DNA from: Gemmatimonadota bacterium
Lineage (GTDB): Bacteria; Gemmatimonadota; Gemmatimonadetes; Gemmatimonadales; Gemmatimonadaceae
Direction of reading: 5' to 3'
DNA length: 27,155 bases
Assembly: GCA_031372565.1 (NCBI GenBank)
Contig: JANMLN010000174.1
Span: 1 to 27,155, forward strand
Shown here: one piece after another, positions 18,774 to 25,496 of the stretch
How the letters are laid out: each line of letters begins with the position of its first letter
Position numbering within the stretch: position 1 is the first letter of the stretch
Notes under the pieces: model-generated
Database searches by the model: none
The model's input: only the letters and a program-made list of their open reading frames with translations
Told to the model about the DNA's origin: nothing
Position numbers and translations under genes: made by a program

Positions 18774-18935
18774 CGGAAGAAGTCGGGGGAAGCAGGGAGC
18801 GCCAACGCTCGGCGCCAGTCGGGAGCGCCAAGGTGATGAAATCCGGCGGGTGCCGGGGCGATGCGAGCGATGCGGCGCATGATGCGCCAAGCCGGCGACG
18901 AGCGCGCGAGGACCGCGCACGGTTCCCGACGCGGG

Positions 18936-21041
18936 TCAGTCTGCGGGGGACACCTCGACGAGGTTGTCGTAGAACACGGCGCCCGCGCCGAGGTCGGTCT
19001 CGAGCTGCGAGGTCGTGTCATTCGCATTGTGACCGTCGGGGGCCAGCTTGGTCCAGAAGATCGACGGTGCCCACGCGACACCGGGACGGACACTCTCGCC
19101 CACGCGCGCGATCGCGCGGAAGTGCCCGCGATCGTTGGCGACGACCACGGGCATGCCATCCACGATGCCGCGCGCGACCGCATCGACGGTGTGCAGCACG
19201 CACTCCGGGTGGGCATCACCGCGGAGGGAGCGCACGTTCACGAACGTCGAGTTGAGGAACTTGTGCCGCGGGCTCGAGATGAGCGTGATCGGGTAGCGTG
19301 CCGCCAGTTCGGGTGCGGACTCCGCCGTCTCGCGTGGCGCGGTGTAGGTGGGCAGCGGATCGAAGCCGCGGTCGCGCAGCCGCTCCGACCAGAATTCGCA
19401 CTTGCCCGACGGGGTGGGAAAGTTCCCCTCGGCATACGGCAGAAAGGGGCGCGGCACGTTGAGGCGCACCCAGCCGTCCGTGAGCAGCCGATCGAGGGTG
19501 ACCCCCTGCATGCGCGCATGCGGGCTCTCGAGCGCCTGCTGGATGAGCGTGAGGTCGTCGTCCTGGAAGCAGGGATCGGTGAGCCCCATGCGCGCGGCGA
19601 GCGCGCGGAAGATCTCCGAGTTGGGGCGGGACTCACCCACGGGCGCGATGCTCGGCCGATTGAGCGTCGCCTGATAGTGCCCGTACGACAGGTGCACGTC
19701 CCAGTGCTCTAGCTGCGTCGTGGCCGGCAGCACGATGTCGGCCCAGTCGGCGGTGTCGGTCTGGAAGTGCTCGAGCACGACGGTGAACAGCTCCTCGCGC
19801 GCGAGTCCGCGCCGGATGCTGCCAAGGTCGGGCGCGACCGCGGCCGGATTGCTGTTGTACACGATCAGGGCCTGCACCGGCGGACCGCCCGTGCCGCCGT
19901 CGGGCAAGGTGAGCGCGTCGCCGAGACGGATCATGTTGATGGTGCGCACCGGCGGCGACAGATCGGGGCGCGTGAGCGCGTCGGTGTTGAAGCGGAACCC
20001 GAACGAGGTGGAGAGCTGCACACCGCCACCGGGCCGGCGCCAGTGCCCCGCCACGGCCGGCAGGCAGGCAATGGTGCGCATGGCCATCCCGCCGCCGTAG
20101 TGGCGCTGCAGGCCGTAGTTCGCGCGCACGAATGCGGCCTTGGCGCGGCCATACTGACGACCGAGCTCAACGATGCGCGCGGCGGGAATGCCGGTGATCG
20201 CAGCGGCACGCTCGGGCGTCCACTCGGCCGCGCGCGCGCGCAGTTGGTCTGCGCCCAGGGTGTACTGCGCCATGTAGTCTTCGTCCGCGAGTCCTTCGGC
20301 GAAGAGCACGTGCATCATCGCGAGCGCGAGCGCCGCATCGGTGCCGGGGCGGATCGGGATCCACTCGTCGCACTGCTCGGCGGTGCGCGTGCGCACGGGG
20401 TCGATGGCGATGATCGGCGCGCCCTTGGCGCGTGCCTCGAGCACGAACGGCCAGAGATGCGGGTTCGACGTGAGCGTGTTTGTTCCCCAGAGCAACACGA
20501 GATCGCTCTGCGGTACCCCTTCGCCGTCCGCGCCCATGTTGGCGCCGACCGTCATGCGCATCCCTTCGGTGCCCGCCGAGGCGCAGATGGTGCGTTCGAG
20601 CTTCGACGCCCCGATCGCGTGAAAGAAGCGATGATCCATCGACGCGCTCTGCACGAGACCCATCGTACCCGCGTAGGAGTACGGGAGAATCGCCTGTGCA
20701 CCATGCGGACCGGAGGCGATGGCGCCGAGTCGGGTCGCGATCTCATCGAGCGCGTCGTCCCAGCTGATCGGCGCGAACTGTCCGCTGCCCTTGGGCCCGA
20801 TGCGCCGGAGTGGCGTGGTGAGCCGATCAGGGTGATAGGTGCGCTCGAGGTAGCGATTGACCTTGGCGCAGAGAAAGCCCTGCGTGAAGGGGTGGTCGGG
20901 ATCACCCGCGACCTTCACTGCGCGTCCGTCCTCGACGGTGACGAGCATGGCGCAGGTGTCCGGGCAATCATGCGGGCACGCGCCGCGCACGGTGCCATTC
21001 GTCGGTCGGGCGAATTCGGGGCGAGTTGCGACGCTCATCAT
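18936..21041 (-). CDS. Molybdopterin (bis-PGD, DMSO reductase superfamily) oxidoreductase, uncharacterised cytoplasmic type
   Basis: N-terminal Fe-S motif CPHDCPDTC…GFLCAK, HPDRLTTPLRR, ISWDDALDEIA, candidate Mo ligand TIC, TDTADWADIVLPATTQLE, C-terminal dinucleotide-binding domain; no twin-arginine signal. Confidence 0.93.
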   Translation of the reverse strand: MMSVATRPEFARPTNGTVRGACPHDCPDTCAMLVTVEDGRAVKVAGDPDHPFTQGFLCAKVNRYLERTYHPDRLTTPLRRIGPKGSGQFAPISWDDALDEIATRLGAIASGPHGAQAILPYSYAGTMGLVQSASMDHRFFHAIGASKLERTICASAGTEGMRMTVGANMGADGEGVPQSDLVLLWGTNTLTSNPHLWPFVLEARAKGAPIIAIDPVRTRTAEQCDEWIPIRPGTDAALALAMMHVLFAEGLADEDYMAQYTLGADQLRARAAEWTPERAAAITGIPAARIVELGRQYGRAKAAFVRANYGLQRHYGGGMAMRTIACLPAVAGHWRRPGGGVQLSTSFGFRFNTDALTRPDLSPPVRTINMIRLGDALTLPDGGTGGPPVQALIVYNSNPAAVAPDLGSIRRGLAREELFTVVLEHFQTDTADWADIVLPATTQLEHWDVHLSYGHYQATLNRPSIAPVGESRPNSEIFRALAARMGLTDPCFQDDDLTLIQQALESPHARMQGVTLDRLLTDGWVRLNVPRPFLPYAEGNFPTPSGKCEFWSERLRDRGFDPLPTYTAPRETAESAPELAARYPITLISSPRHKFLNSTFVNVRSLRGDAHPECVLHTVDAVARGIVDGMPVVVANDRGHFRAIARVGESVRPGVAWAPSIFWTKLAPDGHNANDTTSQLETDLGAGAVFYDNLVEVSPAD

Positions 21042-21260
21042 GGCTCCCGGGGCAGACCAGAGAAGATAGGCAATGCACTCATGCGTGGGCAGTGCCGAGC
21101 CGAAAGCCGTAAGTCACTGTGCTGCATGGAGTTGTGAAGAACCATCGTGGCAAGCCTGCCTTGTCGCACGGACGCTCGGCAGGTGCGATAGGCCGAAAAC
21201 GCTGCACGTGATAGCCGAGCAAAGGGGGACGAACTTGTTGCCCTTATTGAACTTGGACGC

Positions 21261-21288
21261 TTGACAGACGGGCAAGTGCCGCTAACAT
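21261..21288 (+). promoter_or_regulatory. sigma70-type promoter of the small lipoprotein gene
   Basis: TTGACA (21261-21266), 16 bp, TAACAT (21283-21288); Shine-Dalgarno AGGAG at 21365-21369 before ATG 21379. Confidence 0.7.
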
Positions 21289-21378
21289 ACATCGGCCTTC
21301 CGGAGCATCGCGATCGCGTGCACGGATTTTTTACTAGGCATACACGATCGTAGCTCACCCCCTCAGGAGAATACCGCA

Positions 21379-21672
21379 ATGAAGCGCCTGGCCCTGGTCG
21401 CCACCGTGCTCGTGCTCGCCGCGTGCGAGAAGAAGGAGGCCGCTCCGGCCGACAACGCTGCCGCCGCGACCCCCGCGATGGCCCCGGCTGCCGCCGCGAT
21501 GGACTCGGCCGCGAAGAAGATGGACACCCTCGCCGCCAAGGTCGACACCGCCGCCACGAAGATGATGGAAGCTGGCAAGGGCGCCGTGGAAGCCGGAAAG
21601 GGCGCCATGGACGCTGGCAAGGCCTCCATGGACGCTGGCAAGAAGGCGATGGACGCCGTCAAGAAGCCGTAA
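21379..21672 (+). CDS. Small Ala/Lys/Met-rich heptad-repeat lipoprotein (97 aa)
   Basis: Signal peptide II MKRLALVATVLVLAAC, clear SD, GC3-biased codons, own promoter and terminator, eight 7-residue repeats. Confidence 0.88.
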   Translation: MKRLALVATVLVLAACEKKEAAPADNAAAATPAMAPAAAAMDSAAKKMDTLAAKVDTAATKMMEAGKGAVEAGKGAMDAGKASMDAGKKAMDAVKKP

Positions 21673-21693
21673 GGTCGCTCTTGATCGGACGAG

Positions 21694-21732
21694 AACGGGG
21701 CGCGACCACATGGTCGCGCCCCGTTGTTGTTT
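21694..21732 (+). terminator. Strong intrinsic terminator
   Basis: Perfect 15-bp inverted repeat aacggggcgcgacca / tggtcgcgccccgtt followed by gttgttt, 21 bp after the lipoprotein stop. Confidence 0.88.
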
Positions 21733-21752
21733 GAAGAAGCACCAAAGGCGAA

Positions 21753-21812
21753 AAGCAGGTCCTTCGCTTTGCTCAGGACGACAAGCAGGTCCTTCGCTTT
21801 GCTCAGGACGAC
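21753..21812. repeat. Perfect 2x30-bp tandem repeat, REP-like intergenic element
   Basis: aagcaggtccttcgctttgctcaggacgac at 21753-21782 and 21783-21812; each unit folds weakly (gtcct…aggac arms); no spacer. Confidence 0.9.
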
Positions 21813-21815
21813 AGG

Positions 21816-22880
21816 CTAGTGCGAGCCGAACGGCAGGGCGTGCACCAGCACGGGACACTCCGTCCCATCGGCACCGCGCCCGACGAGCACCGTGCCCGAG
21901 GCGATCTCGCGACGCACCATGCCGAGTGCGATCGGTCCGAGCCGCGGCGACAACACCGAACTGCGTACGTCACCCACCACGTTGCCCTCGGCGTCGAACA
22001 GTTCCGCCCCGGGCGGCAGGCCGTTGGCCGCGTCGAAGCGCAGGCCGCGCAGGTGTCGATTGACATGGCCACGGAAGTGGACGCGCGCGACCGTCTCCTG
22101 CCCCGTGTAGCACCCCTTGGTATACGAGATCGCGTGCCAGTCGTCGAGGTTGGCTTCCTGCGGAATCGTGTTCTCGTCCATGTCGAGACCGAACTCGGGA
22201 CGTCCGTGTTCGACGCGGGCGATCTCCCACGCGATCAGCCCACCGCTCACCGCACCGGCGGCCAAGGCCTTGGCGCGCAGGTCGGCGGCCTCGGCCTCGA
22301 CCACCCACAGGTCCCAGGCCTCGAGGCCGATCTCGTTGTTGCGCGCCACGCGCAGGGCCCGCGGCACCGAGATCTCCCGAATGCCGTCCGGTGGCACCGC
22401 ATCGAGGATCTCCGCGCTCAATCCCGTCACCTGCGTCATGACCCCCCGCGCATCCGGACCGGCGATCGTGAAGTGGCGCCAGAGCGCCGCTTCATCGCGC
22501 AGCCTGGCCAGACGGGGGTTCACGTACTTCCGCACCATCTCCCACCACGCCGCGGCCGAGCGTGGTGCGATGTCGATCCAGAGCCGGTCGGGTGCGAGGC
22601 AGAAGATGCGCACGTCGGCGATCACCTTGCCCTTGGCCGTGAGCGCGACCGCGCGGAGTCCGAACCCCGGCTCGAGCGCGCTGACGTCGTTGGTCACGAG
22701 ACCGGTGAGCGTCGCACGCACCTTGTCGCCTTCGGCCATGCCACGTCCGCGCTCGCTGCGATCAATCAACAGCGCGCCATGCCGAAGGTCGTGATACTCC
22801 CCTCCGGCGTCGCCGTAATGGAGCACCACATCGTGCCCGGCGACCGAGGCGGTCTGGAGACTGCGGGGCAGGATGGCCAT
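21816..22880 (-). CDS. ygfZ: YgfZ/GcvT-family folate-binding protein
   Basis: Signature KGCYTGQE, TLTGLVTNDV, LTAKGKVIAD; ATG 22880 (GTG 22886 possible). Confidence 0.9.
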   Translation of the reverse strand: MAILPRSLQTASVAGHDVVLHYGDAGGEYHDLRHGALLIDRSERGRGMAEGDKVRATLTGLVTNDVSALEPGFGLRAVALTAKGKVIADVRIFCLAPDRLWIDIAPRSAAAWWEMVRKYVNPRLARLRDEAALWRHFTIAGPDARGVMTQVTGLSAEILDAVPPDGIREISVPRALRVARNNEIGLEAWDLWVVEAEAADLRAKALAAGAVSGGLIAWEIARVEHGRPEFGLDMDENTIPQEANLDDWHAISYTKGCYTGQETVARVHFRGHVNRHLRGLRFDAANGLPPGAELFDAEGNVVGDVRSSVLSPRLGPIALGMVRREIASGTVLVGRGADGTECPVLVHALPFGSH

Positions 22881-23043
22881 CGTCACCGTGCAACACTCCG
22901 TGATGCGGGAACAGGCGCCGGACAGCGCGTCACCCGCCCGCTGACGCGGGCGGGACCTGCAGCGAAGGTGGGATGCGGACCGGAAGTTGTAAACACCCCG
23001 AGCGAGGAGTCGACTGCGAGGCTGGCGCGGCGGTGGTCCGCCA

Positions 23044-24345
23044 CTACAGGCGGGCGTAACTCGCGTCGAGCAACTCCACGGGATGCACCACGCGTTCCAC
23101 ACGCCCCGAACGCGCGAGTCCCGCGCCCAACTGCATGTGACATCCCGGGTTGCCGCTGACGACCAGCGGCGCCCCCGTCTCGCCAATCGCCACGAGCTTC
23201 GGCTGCAGGACGCGCGCGGCCACGTCGGGCTCGATCAGGTTGTAGATCCCCGCCGAACCGCAGCAGAGGTCGGCATCCGCCAGCGGGCGAACCTCCAACC
23301 CGGGAATCGCGGCCAACACGCTGGCCGGTTCGCGCACGAGGCGTTGCGCATGCTGCTGGTGACACGGATTGTCGACCGTCACGGTCATCGGCAGCGCGCC
23401 GCCCGGCACGGGCCCCGCCGTCGCGAGCAGCTCGCTCACGTCGCGCACCCGCGCCACGAATGCGCGCGCACGCGGCGCCCACGCGGCGTCGTCGGCCAGC
23501 AGGTGATCATACGACTTGCACATCGCGCCGCAGCCGGCCGCATTCACCGCGATCAGCGCCGCACCACCAGCCTCGAAGGCGGCGATGTTCGCCCGCGCCA
23601 GCACCCGCGCGCCCTCGCGATCTCCCGCGTGCGCGTGCAACGCACCGCAGCATTGCTGCTCCGCTGCCTCACGCACCGTGTACCCGTTGGTCACGAGCAC
23701 GCGCCGCGTGGCATCGTGGACGTGCGCGAACAATCCATCCATCACGCATCCCGTGAGCAGCGACGCGCTCTCGCGCTCGGGTGCCGCTGCCGCGCGCGCA
23801 GCCGTGCGCCTGCTGACGGCCAAGGCGGGGGCGGTACTCGCGAGCATCGCATGCGCCTGACCGAGCCGTCCCGGCAACCGGGAGAGGAGCGATGCGAGCC
23901 CGGTATCGCGCAGGAGGCGCAGCACGGTGAGCACGGGCCGCAGCAGCCAACGCCGGCCGAACACGCCAAGGATCACGCGCGCTTCGAGCGGCAGCGGGCG
24001 ATGCGCGGCCACGGTGGCGCGCGCCGCCTCGAGCAGCGCGCCGTACGGCACGCCACTGGGACACGCGGTCTCGCAGCCGCGGCAGCCCAGACACCGGTCG
24101 AGGTGCGTGCCGACGCCGGCGTCGTCGAGCGCCACGGTCCCCTCGACCAGCGCCCGCATCAGCACGAGGCGTCCACGCGGTGAGTCGTTCTCGTCCTCGA
24201 GGGCGAGGTACGTCGGGCAGGCATTGAGGCAGAAGCCGCAGTGCACGCAGAGGTCGAGCCCCGGCGCCTCCTGCGCGAGCGGGCTGCCCTGCACGGCGAG
24301 CGGCAGCGCGCGCCGCCCAGCGGGTGCACTCGGGGCCGCGCTCAT
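23044..24345 (-). CDS. glcF: Glycolate oxidase iron-sulfur subunit
   Basis: Two ferredoxin motifs CVHCGFCLNACP and CLGCRGCETACP, SPRGR, two CCG domains (QQCCGALHAHAG, LCCGSAGIYN); ATGA overlap with glcE. Confidence 0.9.
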   Translation of the reverse strand: MSAAPSAPAGRRALPLAVQGSPLAQEAPGLDLCVHCGFCLNACPTYLALEDENDSPRGRLVLMRALVEGTVALDDAGVGTHLDRCLGCRGCETACPSGVPYGALLEAARATVAAHRPLPLEARVILGVFGRRWLLRPVLTVLRLLRDTGLASLLSRLPGRLGQAHAMLASTAPALAVSRRTAARAAAAPERESASLLTGCVMDGLFAHVHDATRRVLVTNGYTVREAAEQQCCGALHAHAGDREGARVLARANIAAFEAGGAALIAVNAAGCGAMCKSYDHLLADDAAWAPRARAFVARVRDVSELLATAGPVPGGALPMTVTVDNPCHQQHAQRLVREPASVLAAIPGLEVRPLADADLCCGSAGIYNLIEPDVAARVLQPKLVAIGETGAPLVVSGNPGCHMQLGAGLARSGRVERVVHPVELLDASYARL

Positions 24346-25496
24346 CCGAGAATCCCCGGATTGAGCACGCCGGACGGATCGAACGCCGCACGCACGCGCT
24401 GCTCGAGCGCTTCGGTGCTTGGTGCGCGGAACGACGAGGTCGCGTCGGCTGCGATGCCGCGCTCTGCGGCGGGACGTTCGCGAATGGCCACCGGCGTCGT
24501 GCGCCATGCCGCGCCTGCGAGCAGCGGATCCTCGCCCTCGATGATCGGCGCCGAGACGCGCAGCACGCCGCGCATGACGGCGCAATGCGCCGTGACCGCG
24601 TGCGTCGCATCGGTGTGCATGATCGCCCGTGCGAGCACCGGCCAACGGGCTGGCGCCACCGACTCGCGCCAGGTGGCCGCGCGCACCGGTTCCAGCGCTC
24701 GCAGCCGCGTCCAGCAGTCGGGGGCCACCGGCGTCACGTCGCCGCTGGCGCGCAGCGCCGCTTCGAACGCCCGCGCGAAGGTCGCGTTGCCGCCCACGCG
24801 CACCAGCGCGCACGCCGTGGTGCCCACGCCCAACGCGACCGCGGCCGTCGCGTTCACCAGTTCGAGCGCCAACGGTGCGAGCGGCCCGAGCCGAAGCGCT
24901 TCCACGCGCGCCACGGCGGCGGCGCTGCCGTCGAATGGCAGGGCGAAGGTGACATCGACGGCCGGACGCGCCCGGAGGCGCAGGCTCGCGGCCGTGATCA
25001 CGCCCAACGATCCCCACGCGCCCACGTTGAGTCGAACGAGGTCGAAGCCGGCGACATTCTTGACCACGCTGCCACCGGCGCGCAGCGTTGCGCCGCGCCC
25101 GTCGACCAGCTCGAGCCCGAGCGCGAGATCGCGCGGCAGCCCGAGCGCGGCCGCACACGGGCCGGCCGTGGCCGTGGCGAGTGTCGCGCCCACGGTGCCG
25201 CCGTCGGTGCCCCACGGGAGCAGCGGGCACCATTGCCCGTGCGGCGCCGTGAGCGCATCGAGTTCGGCGAGCGTCATCCCGGCGCCGACCGTGCAGGTGA
25301 GATCGCCCGGCGCGTAGTGCCGCACGCCGCCGAGTGCGCTCACGTCGAGCTCGGCGGCTTCGGTGCGCACCGGGTGCCCGGCATCGAGCCAGTGGCGGCC
25401 CGCCACGATGCGCAGCGGCATCGCGCTCGCCGCCGCGTCGCGGATGGCTTCGGCGACATCCGCGGTGGTGGCTGCCGTGAGCGCCACGAGACTCAC
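24342..25496 (-). CDS. glcE: Glycolate oxidase FAD-binding subunit
   Basis: YAPGDLTCTVGAGMTL, GTVGATLATA, GGSVVKNVAGFDLVRLNVGAWGSLGVI, FDPSGVLNPG; GTGA overlap with glcD. Confidence 0.88.
   Translation of the reverse strand: MSLVALTAATTADVAEAIRDAAASAMPLRIVAGRHWLDAGHPVRTEAAELDVSALGGVRHYAPGDLTCTVGAGMTLAELDALTAPHGQWCPLLPWGTDGGTVGATLATATAGPCAAALGLPRDLALGLELVDGRGATLRAGGSVVKNVAGFDLVRLNVGAWGSLGVITAASLRLRARPAVDVTFALPFDGSAAAVARVEALRLGPLAPLALELVNATAAVALGVGTTACALVRVGGNATFARAFEAALRASGDVTPVAPDCWTRLRALEPVRAATWRESVAPARWPVLARAIMHTDATHAVTAHCAVMRGVLRVSAPIIEGEDPLLAGAAWRTTPVAIRERPAAERGIAADATSSFRAPSTEALEQRVRAAFDPSGVLNPGILG

Noticed and set aside
18780..18835. sigma54 promoter (TTGGCGC…TGC) upstream of the AAA+ ATPase
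   Set aside because: GG-to-GC spacing is 8 nt, not the required 10.
21753..21812. 30-bp repeats as a CRISPR array
   Set aside because: Only two copies, directly abutting with no spacer, and no cas genes in the window.
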